A stretch of DNA of 64,000 nucleotides from an uncultured Rickettsiales bacterium (GTDB lineage: Bacteria; Pseudomonadota; Alphaproteobacteria; Rickettsiales; SXRF01). A program made the translations under genes and the position numbers. The notes under the pieces were generated by a model that was not told the origin of the DNA, searched no databases, and saw nothing but the letters and a program-made list of their open reading frames with translations. Shown here in pieces: positions 18,491 to 27,122 of this stretch (positions are counted from its first letter, which is position 1; each line of letters opens with the position of its first letter). Location: NCBI GenBank assembly GCA_964405685.1, contig CAYOOP010000001.1, positions 270,922 to 334,921 on the forward strand. Reading direction: 5' to 3'.

Positions 18491-20491
18491 ATGAGTACCA
18501 TACCCTACGAAGCATTATTGTGTCGCCAAACTCCTGACATTAAAACACGCGCCGTAGCGTTGCGGCAAAAAGTAATTGATGCGGTACAAACAGGCAAAAT
18601 TCCCGTAGTAAGCAATGATAGAAGGATGGAGTTTGAACCCGAACACGACACCATCATCTATCTAGCGCTTCATGAGCCATCATCCTTAAAAGATCATTTA
18701 GCCACCACACGCTCCACTGCGGGTCAGCGTGAAGCATTGGATGCCTTAGAAACAGAATACATCGCCTTACACCAACGTCTCAATAATGCGTGGCCTGAAA
18801 AGAAAGCATTGCTGAAGTTAGAGAAAGAAAGCATCGATTCTACCATTGCGAAATGGTTATCAGCAGAAGAAATTGGAAATAGTGAAGTAGTCAACAAAGC
18901 AGCATTGCACCTTAAACAATACCGTTCTTATAATCCCCCTCATCTTACACACAAGAAGTCTTTTGTAGAAATGATTGCAGAGGGAGAGAGTGTTAAGGCC
19001 CCCTATGAACAAATTATAAAAGATATTCTTGAAGAGTGGTCATGTCCTGGAAAGAGATTTACCCTTAAAAACCTTGCAACACATCTACTCTCAGGCAGCA
19101 CTGAATTATCTCAAAGAGAAATAGAGTTATGGCTTCAAAGCCCGGGTAAGGATGGCAAAATTCGTGACAAAGTAACCGAACAAGTCTGCAACGCGACAGG
19201 TATGAGCAATGAAGATGAGGCTATGTTTTGGCGTGTGGCGCGCGGGAATCCTTCTATCCAGATTGATAGCAATCTATCGGCAACGGAGGTTTATGAACAG
19301 CTCACGAAGAAAATTGGTGCTCCCATCTTTCGTCTCCATCGGATGATAGGATCCTATGAAGATGTTATGCATAATGGAAGCCGTAGCGAAGACAGAATTT
19401 TCCATATGCCTGAAGCGCAAACATTATTGTCTTTTGCGCAACCATCAAAGCCCTGGTTATCACAAACCGCAGATCCTAAACAATGGCGTCAGAATTGGCT
19501 GATTGCGAGAAAACTATCCGGTGACTCACATCCCAAATTATTTGAGGATATGATTATGGATGCCGTTGCTTCGGACAATCCACGCAAGACATTGCTCAAA
19601 AGTATTCTAAATAGATCCGGTATCCATCCCGAGACCACGGAATCATTGCAAGGAAAATGGCAACATGTGAACCCGGACGGGCAATATGGGATAGACCATG
19701 TAAAAGCTCTGCGCGTGGGTCAATCCAGACCACTTACACGTCTAGAAGCGCAAGTGATTGTAGATGGTGCCCGCGAAGCATGCCCAACCTTAAATGCGGC
19801 CGCACAAGAGACGTGTATTGAAATGCTGATGGACTGCCCGCCGCGCGATATTCTTATTGATCGCTACATTCATCAGATAGATGCCAGCGGGCATCCTGCA
19901 AAAGTGCCTCTTAAATCGACGCTTAAAACGATTGCCGACAGTGAGCAAAAAACATTGACGTCAAGAGATCGCAATCAAAGATTTGTGCCAGAAGTGACAG
20001 AAGAATTTCATGATATTCTCACAAAAAATGATAGATTAACGCACGTAGGAGCTCCTTTATTTGCCAATAAATTGGGGCTTGAGGGGCCTCGTCGCAGGAA
20101 ATTTCTAGTGAGAGCAAAAGGCATTGCTGAGCAGGATCCGGAAACGGTTATCGACGATGTGCTTGGTAATAAAATCTCAGCGGCAGCCGGCTTAACCACA
20201 TTGATGGAGCAAACCGGGCATACCCAAACTAGCTTTGCTAAGGTTGCAGGTGAAGATCCACGCACTATTATGAATTGGTGCAAAAAGGGGTTTTCTATGA
20301 AAACGGGACTGGCACAGCATTTAGCAAATGAACTTCACCGCCCTGATCTTGCCGAAAGGATTCAGAAAACGTTTTGTCGTCGCACCAAAATAAATGATTC
20401 TAGCTTTGAACAAGCCCAAACAGAACGGGTGCATCATTTCCAAAATCTTGTTGCAAGTCAGATTGATGCACTGGGTCAAAACAAGCGCTAA
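18491..20491 (+). CDS. Hypothetical 666-aa protein (islet cargo)
   Basis: Long uninterrupted ORF in AT-rich DNA. Contains helix-turn-helix-like stretches (e.g. TQTSFAKVAGEDPRTIMNWCKKG). I cannot assign a family. Confidence 0.7.
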   Translation: MSTIPYEALLCRQTPDIKTRAVALRQKVIDAVQTGKIPVVSNDRRMEFEPEHDTIIYLALHEPSSLKDHLATTRSTAGQREALDALETEYIALHQRLNNAWPEKKALLKLEKESIDSTIAKWLSAEEIGNSEVVNKAALHLKQYRSYNPPHLTHKKSFVEMIAEGESVKAPYEQIIKDILEEWSCPGKRFTLKNLATHLLSGSTELSQREIELWLQSPGKDGKIRDKVTEQVCNATGMSNEDEAMFWRVARGNPSIQIDSNLSATEVYEQLTKKIGAPIFRLHRMIGSYEDVMHNGSRSEDRIFHMPEAQTLLSFAQPSKPWLSQTADPKQWRQNWLIARKLSGDSHPKLFEDMIMDAVASDNPRKTLLKSILNRSGIHPETTESLQGKWQHVNPDGQYGIDHVKALRVGQSRPLTRLEAQVIVDGAREACPTLNAAAQETCIEMLMDCPPRDILIDRYIHQIDASGHPAKVPLKSTLKTIADSEQKTLTSRDRNQRFVPEVTEEFHDILTKNDRLTHVGAPLFANKLGLEGPRRRKFLVRAKGIAEQDPETVIDDVLGNKISAAAGLTTLMEQTGHTQTSFAKVAGEDPRTIMNWCKKGFSMKTGLAQHLANELHRPDLAERIQKTFCRRTKINDSSFEQAQTERVHHFQNLVASQIDALGQNKR

Positions 20492-20510
20492 CCCAAAGAC
20501 TTCCTATAAT

Positions 20511-20542
20511 GTTCGCTGGTTCAAATCCAGCCTCCACCACCA
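20511..20542 (+). repeat. Duplicated tRNA-Tyr 3' fragment (att-like right repeat)
   Basis: Identical to 18324-18355 over 32 bp. The flanking bases differ on both sides. Confidence 0.9.
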
Positions 20543-20619
20543 CGCTTCGCCCCGATGGGGCTACGTGTGGCGCTGCCACTTTTGCTAGACAAGTGGGTTG
20601 GTGGCGTTAGAGTCCTCCC

Positions 20620-21366
20620 ATGCACAATCTACTTCTCATCATTGAAGATGATATCCTGTTCTATCCGCAGTTTGTGGCACGGCTTATCCAACAGTCGCCG
20701 ATGCCGGTTGTAGGCATTATTATCGCGCGGGCGGCGGCCAAGCATAATCGCTATCGCCATGCGCTTAAAACCATTCGTTATTTTAAAATCGCCGAGCTGT
20801 TGAAGTTGCTGGTGTGGCACGCACGCGCAATGGCATCCGGCAATTCGGTCGCGCATGTAGCGCAAAAGCGGACTATCCCGGCCATCATTGCCAAGGGAAG
20901 CGTGAATACGCCGGAGATCATCGCATGGGTGAAGGAACGTAACCCAGATGTTATTTTTTCGGCGAGTCCGCTGATTGTCGGCACCCAGCTGCTCGCAATG
21001 GCGCCGCTTGCAGTCAATATGCATTTCTCGCTGCTGCCGGCGTATAAGGGCATCATGCCGCTGTTTCATGCGATGGCGCATGAAGAGACCATGGCGGGCA
21101 TTTCGCTGCATGAAATGACGGAGAAAATTGATGAGGGGGCGCTGGTATATCAGCGACCGGTGGCGCTAGACTATAACCGTTCGCTGATGGACAATTACAG
21201 AAATTTTTTCGGCTTGGCAGTGGAGTGTGTTATAGCGTTTTTAAACGATGTTAAAAACGGTAACCGCACGATGCCAACACCTTCCGGACAAGCGCCTTCT
21301 TATTTTCGCCATCCCGATGCCGACGCGTGGAAGCAATTTCGAACCAGGCGTGTGCCGTTTATATGA
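20620..21366 (+). CDS. Stand-alone formyltransferase (Fmt/ArnA N-domain-like)
   Basis: VNMHFSLLPAYKG (N/H of the catalytic triad, SLLP motif) and EKIDEGALVYQ (catalytic Asp region). Has no C-terminal Fmt or dehydrogenase domain. Confidence 0.75.
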   Translation: MHNLLLIIEDDILFYPQFVARLIQQSPMPVVGIIIARAAAKHNRYRHALKTIRYFKIAELLKLLVWHARAMASGNSVAHVAQKRTIPAIIAKGSVNTPEIIAWVKERNPDVIFSASPLIVGTQLLAMAPLAVNMHFSLLPAYKGIMPLFHAMAHEETMAGISLHEMTEKIDEGALVYQRPVALDYNRSLMDNYRNFFGLAVECVIAFLNDVKNGNRTMPTPSGQAPSYFRHPDADAWKQFRTRRVPFI

Positions 21367-22589
21367 TGCTGACCCCTAGGCTTCGGCTGTACACCAAGAA
21401 TATTTCCTACTGGCGCGCAGCGCAAGAATTGTTGGGTGCGGGCAACCCGGCGGCTATTGCGCGCACTGAGAAAATAATTGCCGACCATACCCATGCGCGT
21501 CACGCGGTGCTGACCTCGATGGGGCGAATGGCGATTTACGAAGGCTTGCGGGCGCTTGGTGAAACAGGTGAAATTATTGTTTCGCCGATTACCGTGCCAG
21601 AGGTGATTAGCCTCGTGGTGCTCGCTGGGTTCACACCCGTGTTTTGCGACGTGGCGCCGGGTGCGTGGAATATGGATGTAGAAAAAGTAGAAGCGTTGAT
21701 TACCGATAAAACTGTCGCGATTATGACCACGTATTTTTACGGCAATATGGGTAGTGCAAACGCAGTGCGGGTACTTTGCGATAAGCACGACCTATGGATG
21801 ATTGAAGATGCCGCGCAGGCAATCGGTGCGTGGCAAGATGGCAAGCACGCGGGGACGATTGGCGATTTCGGCATACTCAGTTTTAGCTATCCCAAAAATG
21901 TGACCTCGTTTTATGGTGGTTGCTTGGTAACCAATAGCGATGCAATTGCCGCACGGGTACGTAGTCAAATTGCGAACTATCCGCCGGTGGATAAAACCTG
22001 GCTCGCCAAAAAAGTGATGGGGTGTATTATTAAAGATGTGAGTACATTTTTCCCTGTGTTTCAATTGGTCGGGAGATTGATTCGTTACGGCTATGCCCAC
22101 GACATTCCCGCGATTAAAAAATTGGTGACGCAGGATTTAAATGAAGGCTTTACGCATATACCTCGGACCTATCTCACCCGAATTTCGCCGCAACAGGCAC
22201 AGGCGGTCGCCGATAAATGGCCGGAGGTGGATGAGGATGCTGCGCACCGGATTGCGTGCGCGGACATCTATGCGCGCGTGTTAAAAGATGTGCCGCAAGT
22301 CTTGTGCCCTGCGCTTCCTGGTGATCGTTCGCATACGTTTTTATATTTCCCGGTGCAGGTGCCGGATAAATATGCATTGCAGCATTATTTAATTGCGCAT
22401 TACTGCGACGTGGCTGTGCAACATGCGCAAAACTGCGCAGATCTGGACATCTATACACAATGGAAGCGCGAGTGCCCGAATGCGCGCGCAGCCTATGCGG
22501 GCACGCTGATGCTCCCGACCTATCGCGGGTTTCCGCTGAAGGAAGCGGAGCACTACGCGCAAACCATTCGAAAGTATTTTAACGCATGA
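21363..22589 (+). CDS. DegT/DnrJ/EryC1/StrS-family PLP-dependent sugar aminotransferase
   Basis: IEDAAQAIGA...GDFGILSFSYPKNVTSFYGG carries the family's conserved Lys context. ATGA overlap with the formyltransferase gene (ORF track start 21327). Confidence 0.85.
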   Translation: MMLTPRLRLYTKNISYWRAAQELLGAGNPAAIARTEKIIADHTHARHAVLTSMGRMAIYEGLRALGETGEIIVSPITVPEVISLVVLAGFTPVFCDVAPGAWNMDVEKVEALITDKTVAIMTTYFYGNMGSANAVRVLCDKHDLWMIEDAAQAIGAWQDGKHAGTIGDFGILSFSYPKNVTSFYGGCLVTNSDAIAARVRSQIANYPPVDKTWLAKKVMGCIIKDVSTFFPVFQLVGRLIRYGYAHDIPAIKKLVTQDLNEGFTHIPRTYLTRISPQQAQAVADKWPEVDEDAAHRIACADIYARVLKDVPQVLCPALPGDRSHTFLYFPVQVPDKYALQHYLIAHYCDVAVQHAQNCADLDIYTQWKRECPNARAAYAGTLMLPTYRGFPLKEAEHYAQTIRKYFNA

Positions 22590-24079
22590 CAATTATCATC
22601 GCCGGTTCTGGGCCTGCAGGCGCATTTGCCGCACTCGGTGCGCTCGAGGCGGGTGCGGATGTATTGATGATTGATGCGGGATTGGTGCCGGATGCTGCAG
22701 CGGCAACATTTAAAACGCGGCTCGCGGCAACGCCTTCGCAAGACTGGAGCACTGAGGACCGCGCGGCGCTTATGGGAGGTGCGATTTCAGGCACCAAGGG
22801 ACTCGCGCAAAAACGTCTGTTCGGATCGGATTTTGCAACGCGACCGTTGCAGGATTTTACCGAGCACCATTGCCGGATTATGCCGTCCTATGCGCTCGGT
22901 GGGCTTTCGAATGTGTGGGGTAGAGGTGTTGAGCCACCGTATGATAGAGAAGCCGAGCATTGGCCAGAACATGCAGCGTTTTTAAAATCGCTGCGCACGG
23001 TGCTTATGCACCTGCCCTTTTGCGCCGAGGTGGATAATCTTGCGGAAGTGTTGCCGGTGTTTACCAAGCCAAGCGCACCTCATGCGATTACTGCGGCGGC
23101 ACAAGCCTTGCTGAGCCATTGGAACGCACGGGCCGAGCAGCTGAATACTGATGGCATTCATTTCGGTAAAACGCGGTTGGCGCTCAATACCTCCACGTGC
23201 CAAAAATGCGGGATGTGTTTTTATGGCTGTGCGTATGATGCGATGTGGAGCAGTAGTGAGCTGATTGCGGCGTTGAAAAAACGCTATTCCAATTTCTCCT
23301 ATCGATCGGGCGTGTTGCTGAAGCGCTTTGCAGCAAGTGAGGCAGGTGTCGATGTAACGGTGGAATCTATCACCGAAAAAACGGAAACAACGTGGCAGGC
23401 GGCACGGCTTATTCTTGCTGCTGGCGCGCCGCAAACGACCGCGATTGCCATGCGAAGCTTAAGGATAGAAAAAGCGGTGCTTAAAAATAGCGATCTGATT
23501 CGCATTCCGTTTATCAGCCTGCGGCGTGCGCCGCTTGAGAGCAATTGTCATGCGCTTAGCCCGTTGACGCTCGCGATCAATCGGCGGGCGCTTTCTAAAA
23601 AAGCGATGGTGATGCATCTGTTCGGACAAAACCCAGCGATTGAGAATGCGGTGCTCTCCGCACTTCCGAAATGGGCCCATAGCATGGCGCGGAAATGTGT
23701 GACGCGGTTGTGGGTGGGGATGTGCTTTTTGCATTCCAGTGACTCAGGCAGGATTCTTGTGGAAGAACGTGATGGCACCATGCACTACACCGGACAGCGC
23801 AGAAAACAGGCACGAAACACTTACCTTAAACTGATGCTGTTTCTTGCATTGCGCATGTTTAAAACGGGACTAATACCACTGCCCGTTCCTGGCAGTCTCA
23901 CCCTGCCTGGCAGCTCGGTACACTACGGCGCATCGCTAGCTGTGGATGGGTATGGACGATTACAAGAACATGTTTACGTCGCGGATGCAAGCGGGTTGCC
24001 AGAGATTCCGGCGGGATCGTTTACGCTGTCTATTATGGCGCACGCGCACCGTGTGGGTGCTATGGTTGGCGCGGCTTGA
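22586..24079 (+). CDS. FAD-dependent oxidoreductase, GMC-like
   Basis: N-terminal IIIAGSGPAGAFAA dinucleotide fold, CQKCGMCFYGCAYDAMW motif and C-terminal VYVADASGLPEIPAGSFTLSIMAHAHRVG. This resembles the GMC oxidoreductase layout. Confidence 0.65.
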   Translation: MTIIIAGSGPAGAFAALGALEAGADVLMIDAGLVPDAAAATFKTRLAATPSQDWSTEDRAALMGGAISGTKGLAQKRLFGSDFATRPLQDFTEHHCRIMPSYALGGLSNVWGRGVEPPYDREAEHWPEHAAFLKSLRTVLMHLPFCAEVDNLAEVLPVFTKPSAPHAITAAAQALLSHWNARAEQLNTDGIHFGKTRLALNTSTCQKCGMCFYGCAYDAMWSSSELIAALKKRYSNFSYRSGVLLKRFAASEAGVDVTVESITEKTETTWQAARLILAAGAPQTTAIAMRSLRIEKAVLKNSDLIRIPFISLRRAPLESNCHALSPLTLAINRRALSKKAMVMHLFGQNPAIENAVLSALPKWAHSMARKCVTRLWVGMCFLHSSDSGRILVEERDGTMHYTGQRRKQARNTYLKLMLFLALRMFKTGLIPLPVPGSLTLPGSSVHYGASLAVDGYGRLQEHVYVADASGLPEIPAGSFTLSIMAHAHRVGAMVGAA

Positions 24080-24998
24080 GGTTGGGATTGTTTTGCATAT
24101 CGACCGTCAGGAAGAAAATCAAAAACTGAATTGCAAGAATAAGGCTGAGTGCGGAGAGCATGACCGTTCCGGAGGCACGCGCATGGCCGGTTGCAAGGGT
24201 AGCCATCCAGTTGATCGAACCATAAATGGTACCCAGCGTTCCCAGTACAAAGGCGAGCACTAGTGCTAGGGAACCTGCATTGAAATCGCGTACGAAATAG
24301 GTGTAGATAATCCGTTTGAAGGTATTGCAACTATGCTTACGCAGGAAACGCCAAATTTCGCGCAGCGGTTTTAAATTGCTTTTTTCATCGGCGTATTTAG
24401 CACGCATCGGAAATTCACGCACCACCGCACCCAGCAGATAAAGTTTGCACAGCATATCGGATTCGAAGAAATAGCGGTTGTCGATTTCGGCAAGATCCAG
24501 ATCTTCGAGCATGGGGCGCGAGATCGCCACGAATCCATTGGTCGGATCCATCAGATCCCAATAGCCGGAAGAGAGTTTGGTGAAAAATGAGAGCACGCCG
24601 TTACCCACCAAACGCGCCCAAGGCATGCCTTTTAAATAGCGCAAATAATAGAAGCGGTTGCCTTTGACGTAATCCGCACGGCCTTCGGCAATGGGTTTGA
24701 TTAATTCAAAAACTTGGTGCGTGGGCATCTGCCCGTCACCATCGATTTTAACAAAAATATCAGCATCGCTATGGGTGAGTGCATAGGCAAAACCAGCCTT
24801 CACAGCACCGCCGACGCCGAGGTTTTGCGGGTTGGTGAGCACGGTGACGTTGGGGAGATTTAGCTGTTCAATGAATGACCCGCTGGCTTCGGGGCAAGCG
24901 TCATCCACGCAAATAATAGCGACGTCAGGAAGGCTTTCCAATACATCCTTGATTTTGGATTTTACCTTATAGCACGGAATGATAGCGGCGATTTTCAT
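24060..24998 (-). CDS. Family 2 glycosyltransferase with C-terminal TM helices (ArnC/GtrB/DPM1-like polyprenyl-phosphate glycosyltransferase)
   Basis: KIAAIIPCYKV start, VDDACPE, KIDGDGQM (DxD) and two C-terminal TM helices. Size and architecture match ArnC-type enzymes. Confidence 0.82.
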   Translation of the reverse strand: MKIAAIIPCYKVKSKIKDVLESLPDVAIICVDDACPEASGSFIEQLNLPNVTVLTNPQNLGVGGAVKAGFAYALTHSDADIFVKIDGDGQMPTHQVFELIKPIAEGRADYVKGNRFYYLRYLKGMPWARLVGNGVLSFFTKLSSGYWDLMDPTNGFVAISRPMLEDLDLAEIDNRYFFESDMLCKLYLLGAVVREFPMRAKYADEKSNLKPLREIWRFLRKHSCNTFKRIIYTYFVRDFNAGSLALVLAFVLGTLGTIYGSINWMATLATGHARASGTVMLSALSLILAIQFLIFFLTVDMQNNPNLKPRQP

Positions 24999-25004
24999 AG
25001 GCGT

Positions 25005-27107
25005 TTAAAACCCCATATAGCTACGGCACGAGGGGAAATTGCGATCGATAAACCAACGCACAGCTTGACCGGATTGTACGAGACACAAGCCTGTAGTAGT
25101 GTTTTTGTCTTGGATAAAGTAAAGTGTCTCACTCCCGCGCGCAGCGGTTTGAACGTCGTAGTTATTCCCCAACGTTTTAACCCAAGGCACAATCGCCTCA
25201 CCCGGATAGTAGCGCCGCAACTCTGCGCCTCCTTTTACCGGATGGTGGGGCATGCCCATGTAAAAGGCTGAGGGCACCACATTGCCAAATGTGCCATAGG
25301 TTCTGCCCATGGGGGTAAATTCGCCTTGGGGCGAGGGCACGGGCAACAACCAGAAATCATTGTGCCAATTGATGGATTTAGAATAGGTTTTCGGAAGCGC
25401 GATGACGTTGGTGGCATTTTCCATGAGTTCATTTTTGGCCCATACATCCACAGCCGGAATAGCACGCAGCAGGGTATAAAAGGACATCAGATCATTGAAG
25501 TAGATGTTGACCCTGCCCTCTTTCAATTGATGCAGCTTGGGCACGACATCTTTTGCCATATGCGTTAGGCGATCGCCGCGGAAGATGTATTGCGGAATAT
25601 GATCGGCCAGGGTGATGAAGATAAAACAAGGCGGTAGCAGCAGTAACCAGGCAATCGCGCGTTGGATGCGGATATGATAGCGTTCGATTGCCTCCAGGGT
25701 GATGAGGAATGCTGGTAACAGCATTACTACGCCGATCATGAAATAGCGGCCAGTGCCCGACCAGAACATGAGCTTGACGCTGTAGACTGCCGTTGAAATT
25801 AAAAACAATGCCCAACATGCGGCTGCCAGGGGTTTGGATTTCGGGCGCGCTAAGAAAAGAGCGGCGAAGGCTACAATCGGAATCAATCCAAATTGCGAAT
25901 TTTCGCGCGTGAGGGAGAAAGGCATGAAGTATTCGATCAGCGCTGTGGAATCAAACACGCAACGCGAGGGCATTAAATCAATGCCGTTTCCAGGAATGTA
26001 CGAGGTGACGTGCAGGCGCAAAAAGGTGATGTAGTTGCGGATGCCGTCAATACCGAGCTCAAACAAGCGCAGATAAAAATGCGCCGCCGCGCAGCCCATA
26101 TCGCCATGCGATTTGTGATAGGCAGCAAGGCGTTTCATTTGCCCGTCAAAGGTAATGCCGTGGTTGGCGTTGGTGAGTTGGTCAGGTAGCAATGCTAGCA
26201 AGATGATCGGCACTAAGGCCACGAGCGCCAAGCCGATGACACGCGGGTGGAACCATTGCACCAAGCGTTCTTTGCCGCCAAAATAAAGAAGTAACATGAG
26301 TAGGGCACCGGGTAAAAAGATGCCGGTGGTTAGTTTGACCGAAACGGCAATGGCGCTGCATAGCAGTAAGAAAAATATCGCCCGGAAATCTAGCGGTTTG
26401 ACGATTAGCCACACGGCGGCGCGGGTGACGAGAAATAGTGTCAGTGCCTCTTCGTGGCCGCCGAGGCCGGAAAATAAAAATTGTGGTGCGGCGATGAATA
26501 GCGTGACCCAGAATAGGTGTTTGAGGGTGCGTTCGCGGCCAAACAAAAGCCAAAGATTGAGTAAGGAGGCAACCACCAGCACGGCGTTGATAATAGCATA
26601 AAAGATGGGGATTAGGTGCAGGGCGTGGATGGCGGTAAACACAACATAGTACACCGATGGGAAAAAATACATGACCGACAGGCTATCGACGTGCGAGGTT
26701 TCCCAGGCGGAGCCGGTTTTGGTGGCAAACACCATGCGGGCAAGTTTGACGCGTTGTTCATCCGCCGAATCGGGCGACATGAAACAAGCAAGCAGCACGA
26801 GACCGAGGACAATACCACCGATGGCGTAGTAATAAAACCGCGGGCCTTCGGCAGGGGCTTGGGTGGTGGGAGCGATGCGTGGGACACCGATTAAATGAAT
26901 GAACACGATGGTTGAGGCAGCAAAGCACCCGGCATAAAGCATGGGTGAGCCTAGTAGGCCGTAAAACGACAGCAGCATGGTAGTAAGAAACGCACCAAAA
27001 ATAGCGCTTTCGGCACCGCCGGTGATTGGCTCCGCGGCTCGGCACAGCCAATTTACGAAACGTTTGAGAATAGAAAACATGGCGGGACTTTGGCGTAAAT
27101 ACCCCAA
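25005..27107 (-). CDS. Large polytopic membrane protein with a roughly 200-aa C-terminal soluble domain (possible GT-C-fold glycosyltransferase)
   Basis: 700-aa ORF. More than 12 predicted hydrophobic helices over the first roughly 480 aa, then a soluble tail. Lies directly upstream of the GT2 gene and co-oriented with it. The function call is inferred from architecture only. Confidence 0.55.
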   Translation of the reverse strand: MGYLRQSPAMFSILKRFVNWLCRAAEPITGGAESAIFGAFLTTMLLSFYGLLGSPMLYAGCFAASTIVFIHLIGVPRIAPTTQAPAEGPRFYYYAIGGIVLGLVLLACFMSPDSADEQRVKLARMVFATKTGSAWETSHVDSLSVMYFFPSVYYVVFTAIHALHLIPIFYAIINAVLVVASLLNLWLLFGRERTLKHLFWVTLFIAAPQFLFSGLGGHEEALTLFLVTRAAVWLIVKPLDFRAIFFLLLCSAIAVSVKLTTGIFLPGALLMLLLYFGGKERLVQWFHPRVIGLALVALVPIILLALLPDQLTNANHGITFDGQMKRLAAYHKSHGDMGCAAAHFYLRLFELGIDGIRNYITFLRLHVTSYIPGNGIDLMPSRCVFDSTALIEYFMPFSLTRENSQFGLIPIVAFAALFLARPKSKPLAAACWALFLISTAVYSVKLMFWSGTGRYFMIGVVMLLPAFLITLEAIERYHIRIQRAIAWLLLLPPCFIFITLADHIPQYIFRGDRLTHMAKDVVPKLHQLKEGRVNIYFNDLMSFYTLLRAIPAVDVWAKNELMENATNVIALPKTYSKSINWHNDFWLLPVPSPQGEFTPMGRTYGTFGNVVPSAFYMGMPHHPVKGGAELRRYYPGEAIVPWVKTLGNNYDVQTAARGSETLYFIQDKNTTTGLCLVQSGQAVRWFIDRNFPSCRSYMGF

Positions 27108-27122
27108 AATAGCAACCAGGAT

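Larger units (their letters stand above)
18324..20542 (+). mobile_element. Integrase-less islet inserted at the tRNA-Tyr 3' end, bounded by 32-bp direct repeats
   Basis: The exact 32-mer GTTCGCTGGTTCAAATCCAGCCTCCACCACCA occurs at 18324-18355 (within the tRNA) and again at 20511-20542. The interior is visibly AT-richer and holds a single ORF. Confidence 0.6.
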
